Assembly (NCBI GenBank): GCA_002269645.1
Contig: NIVC01001696.1
Location: 124,001 to 188,000, forward strand
Source of the DNA: Macrostomum lignano
Lineage: Eukaryota
Direction: 5' to 3'
DNA: 64,000 nt
Positions 14,934-27,197 of the stretch are shown here, in pieces. The first letter of the stretch is position 1. Every line of letters starts with the position of its first letter. The notes beneath the pieces are model-generated. The model saw only the letters and a program-made list of their open reading frames with translations. It had not been told where the DNA came from and did no database searches. The translations under genes were made by a program, and so were the position numbers.

Positions 14934-15283
14934 GTAGCTCAGTGGTTGGGTGCAGAGTAGCTCAGTGGTTGGGTGCAGAGTAGCTCAGTGGTTGGGTGCA
15001 GAGTAGCTCAGTGGTTGGGTGCAGAGTAGCTCAGTGGTTGGGTGCAGAGTAGCTCAGTGGTTGGGTGCAGAGTAGCTCAGTGGTTGGGTGCAGAGTAGCT
15101 CAGTGGTTGGGTGCAGAGTAGCTCAGTGGTTGGGTGCAGAGTAGCTCAGTGGTTGGGTGCAGAGTAGCTCAGTGGTTGGGTGCAGAGTAGCTCAGTGGTT
15201 TGGGGCAGAGTAGCTCAGTGGTTGGGGGCAGAGTAGCTCAGTGGTTGGGTGCAGAGTAGCTCAGTGGTTGGGGGCAGAGTAGC
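14934..15283 (+). repeat. 23-bp tandem repeat, second copy (~15 units)
   Basis: Same unit as 7450-7822, one unit shorter. Confidence 0.95.
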
Positions 15284-15445
15284 GTTTGCAGAGTGCATTT
15301 GCGCTTTCACATCGCGAGTTTTCTTTTCTGGCCAAGCTTCCAACTCTAAGCATAAATTTAGAGGCTTGGCACTCGCACCGTGATCTGTTCAAAGAACTTG
15401 ACAAAATCAGCATCCCTAGTTGAGTCTTCAACAAGCCAAATCTTC

Positions 15446-15851
15446 TACTGGGCTGGAGACAAGCAATCCGGAAAATTCAAAACAGCTTTGTCATTAAACC
15501 GGCCGACTAGGGCAGCATCATGGTATGTTCTATACCGGAGGGACTACCTTCCCACCTTTGAAACCAAAAGATTTTCTATTTGCTCCCACCACAAGGTGGC
15601 CGATTCTCACAGTATTGCCTGAGGGACCGTTTGTCTCCGATTGCAGCTCCGAATACATTAGCTCCAAGTTCATCGACCTCTTTCTGCAATCAATCGCCAA
15701 GGAACAAGACTGGTTCATCTTTCATCTGTGACGCCGTTCACTTCCAAGCTGAACAAGGTGTGAACCTTGCTAATGAGTAAGTGTATTCTTGGCTACAATT
15801 TGGACGTTAAGACCTTATACACAAACATCCCGACCTACAAAGGTTTGGTTT
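15446..15851 (+). mobile_element. Degenerate Penelope-like RT fragment, duplicate copy
   Basis: Essentially identical to 7985-8390. Confidence 0.75.
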
Positions 15852-16583
15852 GAGTTGGCTCTCGGGACATGACTGTTTTTCCAGGCATCGTCACCTCTAG
15901 AGAAAATCCGTAGTGGGGAATGCCCCTTCTCCCTCTCCTCGGTGTTGAGAATCATCTGCATCACTTCATCTGCGAATGCCCAGCCTCTACTCAGGCTCAC
16001 CTACCTCGGACCTTCCCGCGCTATGCGGAGCCAGTTCATCGCCTGCCATTAACGAGACGTCGGTAGCCGTAGTCGAACCATCTAAAGATAAGGATTCTGT
16101 GGGGACTCAATGCCTACTTCCGGTATCTCCGTGGGCTCACAACGTGAGGCGATTGAAACAGCGACTTTAATACAAACCGTCAAGCATCGAATTCTCGTGT
16201 TCAATCAAGTCAAGTCAAGAGGCGGAGCCCCCACATGTTCGCACTAGCACTCTAGAGAAAGAAAGAAAGAATGAAATCTAAGAAATTGTCTATAGCCAAA
16301 ACTCCTAATTTTGTGAATCGAAAAAATAGTAACTGATACTAAGCATTAATATGCAGTACTAAGCTTTACTTTCGAAATATACAAGTTGTAAAAACATTAA
16401 CTAGATACATATGAGTATATGAATACAAGTTTTTTATGTATCCCCCTTTTGCCCCGGGCGAGTGTCTATGTGATGCATGTTTTCATTTATTTCCCTAGGT
16501 GAATAAATCATTTATTTCCCGCTGCCCCGCGGGCTGCTAAATTCGAGACAACAACCATAGACAACGAACGGGGGATACATATC

Positions 16584-16661
16584 ATATTCCCCATTTATTT
16601 TGTTGTCTAGCGGGCAAAAGCAAGAGGTGTCTCGTTTATTGACCGAGGCGAAGCTGAATAT
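16584..16661. mobile_element. Inverted, half-deleted version of the hairpin element
   Basis: Matches the reverse complement of the loop plus right arm of 9122-9255; the other arm is absent. Confidence 0.75.
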
Positions 16662-17494
16662 ATACCATTTATTGAAGTCCGCCACAGATAGTTGTAGCGG
16701 GCGGGCTGCCCTGCGTTTCACCCCGTTTCAACACGCCTAGGCTAACTATAACAATGAGGTACATTATTGCACGCTGATTGCAAGTTGTCTATGGCAAAAA
16801 TCCTCATTATCTTGTCTCACTAGAAGTCCGAAACCCGATTTCAAGAGAGCTGGTTCGTTCAGCTTGTTTCTTTTTTTACGAATTTCAATCAATCTGAATA
16901 CGAGAGAAAAGTCAGTGGCATCTTTATCCAGGATTTCAAAACCATCAAATTTTAATTACGCTCGTTATCGCTACGATTTTTGCAATATTTAAATTTATAA
17001 TGTCACCAGCCACTCTAAATAAAGATTTCAAACTTCAAGCAATTTTAGAAGTTTAAGTCTTGAAAGCAGAATTTATTGCCATGCGCGAAAAACAAATAAA
17101 ATATTTGCTTACTATATTATTACTTAAATAATAGTATTTCTGTACACAAAGATAGAGTAAATTCCAAATTACAATCATAAGAAAATAATTTTACTTTTTA
17201 ATTCAAGGCGTCGGGTGAAATTTTATTGCGAAGCATCATTAGTACTTAATCGCATTTTTTTAAATCGGCATTGGTTTATACTCGATCAATTACAATAGGT
17301 TGATTAGCTATACAAATGTAAGAGGGATGTGTTTTACGATATGCAATGTTCTCTCTCGGACTATAGTAACTTCTTGAAGTTTTAACTTCATACAAATCCG
17401 AATGAATTAAACAAAATTAACTGGCTAAAATGGCGCCAGGCGAATTTGTTACTCAGAAAAAGTTGTGAAAAGTCACAGCTTGTCAGTTTGCTGC

Positions 17495-20400
17495 TCACGG
17501 GCGATCATAGCAGTCGCACATGCAGGTGGAGATCTCTTCAATCCAGCAATTATCCTCTGAAAACGAAACGGATGCAATTCTGCTAAAAATCTGCTGGCTT
17601 TGATCATGAAATCTAACTTCACAGGATCAGAAGCTGAGTAACTTACGATACGGCATGCCGTGCAGGCCCTCCAGAGTGCTGGGCAGCGAATCAAATGACG
17701 TCATACCGGAGGCGGCGAGCCCGATGAAGTTGAGAACCTGTGAGTTTGGAAAGTGGTTGCGGTGAAAGCACTGTCCATTGGCATCAGAACTTGTCTGAAG
17801 TGAAACTCAAACCCAACTACACAAAGATTCGCATTGCTTACCTCTCCAACGGAGGTCTTCGCAGTCAGCTTCATCACGGAGCCACCAGATGCCGCAGCAA
17901 GGTAGTCGTACTCTCCCTTGTACACTCTGGGACCGCAAAACTGGCCGGTGCCGATCACGTAGAGTTTGATTTTCTTAGAAACCAGCAGAGCAGCGACATC
18001 GGCACTCATGTTTGCGTCTTTTGCAGCAGCGTCGGTGAACAGGATGAGCACGGAGTTTTCGAGTGCCTCCTTGGCTGCGTCCTCAATGGCTGACATGGCG
18101 TACTCGGGACAGTCGCCTCCGCCCGAAGGCGCGATCGCGTTCACGAAGCTCTGGATTGCGGACGCGTCGCTCGACCGGATCACATTCTTCACGTAGGGAT
18201 CGCCGTACCGGGATACCACGTAGTCCTTGAACACCGTGTTGTTCGCCATGATGGCGCTGATGTGAGTCCGCACGGCGAAGATCTCGGCACCCATTGAGCC
18301 GGTGTCGTCAATGATGAACCCCAGAGAGCCGACCCGCTTCCTGGGGCAGCCGTTGGGCGAGCCGCACACTTTGTTGCGCATCGTCACTCGCTTGTAGCCG
18401 AGCGGGCAGGGCGCTGAAGTGTCGAAGCGTCGATAATTAGCGCCAATCAAAAGTAAGGTATTTTCAACGTAATAGGTAAAGAAACTTACGTTCAATTGGC
18501 TTGCATTTGTGATGGATGACCCATTTGCAGCAGCCTGAAATATGATAAGAAGCAAATTTTCTATTATACAAAATTTAAAATTATAATCTTAGCAAAGTTC
18601 GACTCTGAAAAGAGAAAAACTCAACAAACTTACGTTCTGGCTTCATCTTTCGCATGTCGTCCAAGCAGCGAGGGAACGAACGCAGCGAGTACTTGCCGGC
18701 AGCAGCCAGGGCGAGGAAGTCAAGAACCTGCCGAAAAATGGTTTGATTGTTTTGTTTTTGTTTAAAGCTTATCTGGGATAAAATTAATCTAGGCAGTTGT
18801 TGCATTAATAGTGAGCTCAAAAGTAAATTTACCTCGCTAACTGATGTCTTTGCTGTCAGCGTCATGACGTCCCCACCAGAGGCAGCTGCGAGGTCGTCGA
18901 ATTCTCCCTTGTACACGCCGGAGCCGCAGAAGGTGCCAGTGGCGATGACAAACAGCTTCGTGTTCTTCGCCAACAACAGCGCCTTCACAGCGGCCAGCTT
19001 GCTCGCATCTTTTGCTGCAGCATCGGTGAACAAGACTAGCACAGAGTTCTTGCGGGCCTTCTTGGCCGCGTCCTCGATACCCGACATGGCGAACTCGGGA
19101 CAGTCTCCGCCTGCAGATGGCGAGATCGAGTTCACAAAGGACTGGATGACCGACTCGTCGCTGGATCGAATCACATTCTTCTTGTAGGGATCGCCGAATG
19201 TGGCCACCACGTAGTCCTTAAACACGGTGTTGTTGGCCATGATGTTGGCGATATGAGCGCGCACCGCGAAAATCTCAGCCGCCATTGAGCCCGTGTTGTC
19301 GATGACGAAACCTAGGGAGCCGTACTTGTGCTTCTTGCACGGACCGGGCACGCACACCTTCTTCTTCACCACAATATGTTCGAAGCCCTCCGGGCACGGA
19401 CAGCTCTTTGTCGGCGGCTCGATGCAGACGAGGTTCTCAATGCTGGTCTTGCAGGAGCAGTCTGAAATATGTTGGGAAAATCATTTTTTATGCCTATGCT
19501 TGTAATTGACATTTGGTATAACCTCAAATCAGAAGTGGCAACTCACTTCCATCGGCGATGGCTTTCAGATCTTCCAGAGTCGTCGGCATGCCGCGGATGA
19601 ACCGAATGCCGTACTTGGCAAAGTTCTTGATGTAGTTCATCACGAAGTCGACATCGGACTTGTCTGGGGTCCTGTAGATTGTTCCGTTGGTGGCGGTGGT
19701 CAGTCTAGAGAACTCGGCACCCATGCCGCAAAGATTTCCGGTCGCCATCACGTTAAGTCGGATGTTCTTGGACTCCAGCAGAGCCTTGACATCCGGCTCG
19801 AGAGCCAGATCCTTGGAGCTCGCGTCGGTGAACAGGAAGATGACGGAGCCGGGACTGAGACGGTCGGCCACATCCCGGATGCCGTGCATTGCCATCTCAG
19901 GACAGTCGCCTCCAGCGTTGGCGTTGATTGTGCTCACAAAGCTGTTGATGGCGGAAGCGTCAGTCGATTCGAACACGTTGGCCACGTAGGGATCGTTGTA
20001 GGTGCCAATCACGTACTTGTCGAAGATTCCGGATGTGGCAGCTGGAATGACAAGTTTCGACAATAATCACATACTCTTGTAATACGCTCGTACATTGGTG
20101 CATTTAGCAACTTCGACTTGGTAATCGGAAGATCACTGTCTGTAAAACTTACTGACAACAGCCTGAATGCTGGACTTTACCGACGCGATCTCCGTCCTCA
20201 TGCTGCCAGTGTTGTCCACAACGAAGCCGAGAGAGACGTTAAAGTACTCGCGGTCTCCGGGATCCACAATCTCGATTGTCCGGTTGAGGCCTGTGCAGCT
20301 GCATGACAGCCGCTTATCGTAGGTGCAGTTCTTGGATGGACAGCTGTCGCAAACGGGATCTGAGCGAATTACGGAGGGGATCGTTGTCGGTCAGTAACAG

Positions 20401-20517
20401 ATTAAATCAGTCTTCAACTATTGACTGAGCAGACAACAACAGAAACTTACCAAGCTGAGCAGCGACTTGCAGCACGAGGGCAGAGCCCACGATGAGAATG
20501 AGAGCGGACGCCTTCAT
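17495..20517 (-). CDS. Secreted triple-VWA protein, copy 3 (apparently intact)
   Basis: ATG at 20517, TGA at 17495-17497, splice sites conserved, exon 4 in frame (GGAGAA at the site frameshifted in copy 2). Confidence 0.88.
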
Positions 20518-21383
20518 GGAGGCTTTGTTGCTTAAAGATTTTCTTGCTTAAGGGTTTTCTTTTGAGTTGTCTCGATTCGAGTTCTCTCGGAGCCTTTGAC
20601 TCTGTGAGCTCCGCGATTGCCGCTTATATAGACATTTTGCGAGGCCATCTGAGTGTGTATTTTTGTTTTTTTCAATCCAGCTTGTTATCATCAACATAGG
20701 CGCAGTAATCTGCCCAACCACCCCCAGAGTTGTTTTCGTATTTTCAGGCTCACATCGAAATAATGAGGGGGCGTTGTCCCAAATGCAGACGCGATTGTTT
20801 TCGCGCCTCGGAGAAAAACAGCTGGACGATGTTTTTGCGAGACATTTCTATTGGATGGTAATAACAATAGCGGTGGCTGTTCTCTGCTTAGCATTAGAGA
20901 ACTGTCACGGGCTATATTTTCGTCTCCTAAACTGCCTGTGCATTGTTACTCGTAGTGTGCCATTGCTCTTCCATCTTCCATCTGAAGTGTATTTTTTGCT
21001 CTATGCTCAGACAGTTGTAAATATTCGTTGGGTCTATGCTATGCATTGTTATTGGGTAAAAGTAGCACCCGTTCTGTTGAGAAATAGCTCATTAACAACT
21101 AAAAGCTACACGAGTATTGATGTTTTTGAATCCATAGAAATTTTAGCAACCCTCGGATTCTGTTTACCGGCTCAAACGGGTGATGAGCTGCTGTAGTTTG
21201 GCAATAAATTTCTTTCTGTTTACACCTGAATCAACCTGTTAGTAAATCCTGCACTGCCAAGTAAACATGTTTTTGCAATTTTTATTTAACTGCTCTGCAT
21301 CAACTATTTACGGCTGATTCAATGGTTGTTCGCTTGTGGCATTGACCCTCATTCTCATTACGATCATTTACTTACCAAGAGAT

Positions 21384-21784
21384 CAGGGGCTTAGCCAGGA
21401 ATTTCCTACGGGGGGGACACACCAAGGTGAATTTCCTACGGGGGGGACACACCAAGGTGAATTTCCTACGGGGGGTATACACCAAGGTGAATTTTCTACG
21501 GGGGGGACACACCAAGGTGAATTTTCTACGGGGGGATACACCAAGGTGAATTTTCTACGGGGGGGGATACACCAAGGTGAATTTCCTACGGGGGGTATAC
21601 ACCAAGGTGAATTTTCTACGGGGGGATACATCAAGGTGAATTTTCTACGGGGGGATACACCAAGGTAAAAGTGCTATGACAGAGTCACATGGTAGCATGT
21701 ATAGCAACAAAGGGCAACAAAAAGTTTTGATCAGGCTCTTCGGGGGGGATACATCCTCCCTATCCCCCCCTCCCTACGCCCCTG
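21384..21784. mobile_element. hAT-type MITE (401 bp) with internal 30-bp tandem repeat
   Basis: Termini CAGGGGCTTAG / CTACGCCCCTG and a perfect 8-bp TSD CAAGAGAT (21376-21383, 21785-21792). About 9 copies of ACACCAAGGTGAATTTCCTACGGGGGGG-type units inside. Confidence 0.9.
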
Positions 21785-21821
21785 CAAGAGATTTTCTATT
21801 TTCACTTCCTAAAAGACAGAA

Positions 21822-23604
21822 GAGACAGGTGGGCGCCCACGAAAAAGACAGGGGCGCCCACCAAGAGACAGGGACAGGGGCGCCCACACTGAGACAGAGG
21901 CACCCACCAAGAGACAGAGCAGGGGCGCCCACCAAGAGACAGGGGCGGCCACCAAGAGACAGGGGCGCCCACCAAGAGACAGGGGCCGCCCACACGGATC
22001 GACAGAGGCGCCGACCAAAAGTCAGGGGCGGCCACCAAGAGACAGGGGCGCGCACCAAGAGACAGGGGCGGCCACCAAGAGACAGGGGCGTCCACCAAGA
22101 GACAGGGGCGCCCACCAAGAGACAGGGGCGCCCACCAAGAGACAGGGGCGCCCACCAAGAGACAGGGGCGCCCACCAAGAGACAGGGGCGCGCACCAAGA
22201 GACAGGGGCGCCCACCAAGAGACAGGGGCGGCCACCAAGAGACAGGGGCGGCCACCAAGAGACAGGGGCGGCCACCAAGAGACAGGGGCGCCCACCAAGA
22301 GACAGGGGCGGCCACCAAGAGACAGGGGCGGCCACCAAGAGACAGGGGCGCCCACCAAGAGATAGAGGCGCCCACCAAAAGACAGGGGCGCCCACCAAGA
22401 GGCAGGGGCGGCCACCAAAAGACAGGGGCGCCCACCAAGAGACAGGGACGCCCACCAAGAGACAGGGGCGCCCACCAAGAGACAGGGGCGTCCACCAAGA
22501 GACAGGGGCGCCCACCAAAAGATAGGGGCGCCCACCAAGAGACAGGGGCGCCCACCAAGAGACAGGGGCGCCCACCAAGAGACAGGGGCGCCCACCAAGA
22601 GACAGGGGCGTCCACCAAGAGACAGGGGCGGCCACCAAAAGACAGGGGCGCCCACCAAGAGATAGAGGCGCCCACCAAGAAACAGGGGTGCCCACCAAGA
22701 GACAGGGGCGGCCACCAAGAGACAGGGGCGGCCACCAAGAGACAGGGGCGGCCACCAAGAGACAGGGGCGCCCACCAAGAGATAGAGGCGCCCACCAAAA
22801 GACAGGGGCGCCCACCAAGAGGCAGGGGCGCCCACCAAGAGGCAGGGGCGCCCACCAAAAGACAGGGGCGCCCACCAAGAGATAGAGGCGCCCACCAAGA
22901 GACAGGGGCGCCCACCAAGAGATAGAGGCGCCCACCAAAAGACAGGGGCGCCCACCAAGAGGCAGGGGCGCCCACCAAGAGGCAGGGGCGCCCACCAAAA
23001 GACAGGGGCGCCCACCAAGAGATAGAGGCGCCCACCAAGAGACAGGGGTGCCCACCAAGAGACAGGGGCGGCCACCAAGAGACAGGGGCGGCCACCAAGA
23101 GACAGGGGCGGCCACCAAGAGACAGGGGCGGCCACCAAGAGACAGGGGCGCCCACCAAGAGATAGAGGCGCCCACCAAAAGACAGCGGCGCCCACCAAGA
23201 GGCAGGGGCGCCCACCAAGAGGCAGGGGCGGCCACCAAAAGACAGGGGCGCCCACCAAGAGACAGGGGCGCCCACCAAGAGACAGGGACGCCCACCAAGA
23301 GACAGGGGCGTCCACCAAGAGACAGGGGCGGCCACCAAAAGACAGGGGCGCCCACCAAGAGACAGAGGCGCCCACCAAGAGACAGGGGTGCCCACCAAGA
23401 GATAGAGGCGCCCACCAAGAGACAGGGGTGCCCACCAAGAGACAGGGGCGTCCACCAAGAGACAGGGGCGCCCACCAAAAGATAGGGGCGCCCACCAAGA
23501 GACAGGGGCGCCCACCAAGAGATAGAGGCGCCCACCAAAAGACAGGGGCGCCCACCAAGAGGCAGGGGCGCCCACCAAGAGGCAGGGGCGCCCACCAAGA
23601 GACA
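21822..23604. repeat. GC-rich 20-bp minisatellite GACAGGGGCGCCCACCAAGA (~85 units)
   Basis: Direct reading; variant units interspersed. Confidence 0.98.
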
Positions 23605-24961
23605 AAAGCGGCCACTGCAAGACACCAAATATTGGCGCCCCTTAGTGTTGCGGTCCTCACAGTTAAAAATCCTGCGTACGTCACTCCCAAGCCTGTGTAT
23701 TCAGCAGCTGTGGCGCAACACACACTATAGCATTGGCATCAGCAATGTTGACTTTGTTATCTTTCCATATTCGATTGAACCCATCGATAGCCTCTTAGTT
23801 CTAAGGCAAGTCAAGAATTGCGTGTCTATAGTTAATCGAGTCGAGATAGATAACAGGTATCCTACGCTAAACTACAGTGTACTATTTTCGCATGTAAATG
23901 AGCTGCTGACATTCACAGGTAGGATCATTGCTCTTCCGCTCCAGCATTCAAAGCTGCACGTTTCCTGTTCCTTGAGTACTGATTTATGCTAGCGCCCCTG
24001 GTGCTAAATCCTCTGGTGCTAAAGCTCTTGGTATTAAAGCCCCTGGTTCTAAAGACTTTCATCAAATCTCTGATTCATATTGGTTGAGAAACAGAACTCC
24101 TGTAAACATCATTGTTATTGTAGAGCGGCCTGTAAACAGTTAAAACTTTAATAACGTAATTTTTGAACACGGATAAGAATTTACATTTTAAAGTGTTTAA
24201 ACATTGGTGATGAGTAAAGGCTAAGAGTAAATGTATTTAGTTATATATTTTAAAAAATACAGATATAAATTGACATTTCTTAGAACTACAGAACTACATA
24301 CTACTACCTCCATAAAAACAAGTAGTATAATTAGTGGTGCTTACAATACAAGACTTATTTTTATTGTAAGATTAAAGCATTCTGAATTATCTCGAAGAAA
24401 AAAATATATTTTCATTGCAGCGATGAAAAGAAAATCATTGCACAGGTTAACTAAACAGGAGTAAACACCAATAAGCCGACTATAAAAGTAAACACTTTAA
24501 ACCTAAAAAAAGCAGATTTAAATACTGGAAATAATATTTGCACGTGAATTATTAAAGTAACACAGCCAAAATTAATGACAACAAATCAACAAAAAAGTGC
24601 TTCTTTTCACAACCAAAATAAAAATTAAACAGTCAGCGCAATTAAACAAACGTTTTAAAATAAAGTTCCCCACAATATTGGTTGCGAACATTCTGGAAGT
24701 GAACTGCAACGCGTGACAGTAAATTATAAACAAAATGAGCCGGATAAAAAGCTACTTTAGAATTTAAACAAAATTATATTAAATCAAGGAAGAACAGGTT
24801 CCGTACTGACCAGAAATATCATTTCAATTTTAGAATCAAATTATCATTGATAATATCGCACAAGTTATCATACAATTTAAAAAAGTTCACTTATTTGCAG
24901 CAGCATGGATAAAACACGCTTTTTCGTTTAAAAAACGGAAAATCAATCAATTTGTTTAAAT

Positions 24962-27197
24962 TCACTTTCGTCCGGCAATTTCCGGGTTGATGTCGTCCAG
25001 AGACAGGGTGCAGGTGGCTCGCATCAGTGACGGCTTCACAGGTAGGTGCTGCCGAGATGGAGGGTCCAATTTGTCGAAATAATGCTGCACAATGTCCCTA
25101 TCAGCTGGGCAGCTGTCTACAAACGCTGCGGTCTTGTACATGCGCTCCATGTACTGCTGAAGGAAGCGCAGATCCGGCGATGGAATGTCGTAATTGCGGT
25201 AAGCCTGCGGATGCGGAGGAACCACCGTTAACCTCACTTGACAGGCGAATACTAATTGAAATAATTGACAAGCATCAAGCATTATTCCCGCACCCAAATG
25301 CAGCGCACTGAAACAGACACTAAACACCTAACTGAAACCCACACTAAACACCTAACTGAAACCCAAACTAAACACCCAAGTGAAATCCAAACTAAACACT
25401 TAACTGAAATCCAAACTAAACACCCAAGTGAAATCCAAACTAAACACTTAACTGAAATCCAAACTAAACACCTAACTGAAACCCACACTAAACACCTAAC
25501 TGAAACCCAAACTAAACACCTAACTGAAACCCAAACTAAACACCTAACTGAAACCCAAACTAAACACCTAACTGAAACCCAAACTAAACACCCAAGTGAA
25601 ATCCAAACTAAACACTTAACTGAAACCCAAACTAAACATCCAACTAAAACCCAAACTAAACCCCAACTGAAACACACACTAAACCCCCAACTGAAACCCA
25701 CACTAAACCCCAACTGAAACACACACTAAACCCCAACTGAAACACACACTAAACCCCAACTGAAACACACACTAAACCCCAACTGAAACACACACTAAAC
25801 CCCAACTGAAACACACACTAAACCCCAACTGAAACACACACTACATGTAAACCCCAACTGAAACCCACACTAAATCCCAACTGAAACACAAACTAAAAAC
25901 CCAACTGAAACCCACACTAAACCCCAACTGAAACACAAACTAAACATCCTACCGAAACCCAAACTAAACACTTAACTGAAACCCAAACTAAACATCCAAC
26001 TAAAACCCAAACTAAAAACCCAACGAAAACCCACACTAAACCCCAACTGAAACACAAACTAAAAACCCAACTGAAATCCACACTAAACCCCAACTGAAAC
26101 ACAAACTAAAAACCCAACTGAAACCCACACTAAACCCCAACTGAAACCCACACTAAAACCCAACTGAAACCCACAGTCATAGCACCCAAACCCAATGACC
26201 AAATGGTCGCACAAAACCCCGATAAAAACCTTGGCAGCAATCCTGGCGTGATGCAGTTTGGGCATCAGCTGGCAATCCGCATAGCTAAGCTCCTGACCAA
26301 TCAGATACTGCACATCCGGTCTCTCAGCCAGGTAGCTGTTAATCTTAAACAGAGACGTTCTCAGCTTGGTATCGACTCCGCTCTTCAAGAAGATGTTCAA
26401 GCCAGTGTACAGATCTGCAAAGCAGCGCTCTGCGGCCGCTTCTTCGGGGCTTTCTTTCGGCAAAGCCAAGGCTGGACACCGCCACACGTCCATGAGCTGC
26501 TCAATTTCATCATTGGTGTCGCAGACCAGATTCTCCAAATCCGTGCCCTTGAGATCGCGACCTTTAATTACGCGAGCAACAGGCAGACGCTTGCCAACGT
26601 CAAGGGCTTGATAGGCTTCGGGTGGTAGGTCGGGGTTGACAGTAGTGACAAATAGGTTGACAATCTTTTTCTCGGCCAATAGATAGAAAACCATGAACCA
26701 TTGCTGGCTGATGGGGCAGGGGCCTTTGTCTTCGCGGCCGATTGGGGAAACCTGAAGTGGTAGAAAAAAACACAATTTTTTTTATATAACAATAAGCTGT
26801 TTTTTATTTTACTTTAAAATTATGTACATCCTCAGAGTTAGAAAAAGTCCATTGAACTATTAAACTAACAATAATTAAAATACTAAGCGAGAAAGCAGAT
26901 TAAAGTATTACTACAACTGAAATATGAACATTAAATGAAAGAATAGTAATAGTAAGTGCAAGTATTAAGTTATTGAGTTTAACAGTGTTTAATGTGGATG
27001 TGTCATGTGGGTAGATTTAATAACAGCTTCAAATCATGCCCAGGTTTGAATATTATTTATTTGAAAGTCATAATTTAGATTATGATATAATCAACTAATA
27101 AACAAGAAATGAATATAAAGTACATAAGAAATCTTTACAACAAATATAATGGGCATCTCACCTTAATAAAGAGTTCGATAACTGGTTTGTCATCCAT
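24962..27197 (-). CDS. CLIC: Chloride intracellular channel (CLIC/EXC-4 family), 3 exons, ~266 aa
   Basis: Exons 27197-27162 (MDDKPVIELFIK), 26751-26230 (..GPCPISQQWFM..VTTVN..ELSYADCQLMPKLHHARIAAK) and 25204-24962 (AYRNYDIP..FVDSCPADRDIVQHY). All phase 0, GT-AG. Motifs match CLIC IELFVK, CPFSQ, LADCxLLPKLH, FDIP and CPxDxE. Confidence 0.92.
25308..26174. repeat. Intronic 23/24-bp AC-rich minisatellite (CTGAAACCCAAACTAAACACCTAA then CTGAAACACACACTAAACCCCAA)
   Basis: Fills most of CLIC intron 2; the unit shifts from 24 to 23 bp along the array. Confidence 0.95.

Larger units (their letters stand above)
2330..20945. repeat. Tandem segmental amplification of a ~7.4-7.5 kb unit (2 full copies + 1 partial)
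   Basis: Near-identical ORFs recur at offsets of 7485 (2583->10068) and 7405 (10068->17473). Units are roughly 2330-9810, 9810-17215 and 17215-20945. Boundaries are approximate. Confidence 0.97.

Noticed and set aside
21676-23730. Long ORFs of 229-649 aa
   Set aside because: Products of the 20-bp minisatellite read in several frames on both strands.
25265-25722. Repeat-encoded ORFs (TKHLTETQ)n
   Set aside because: Inside the CLIC intron minisatellite.
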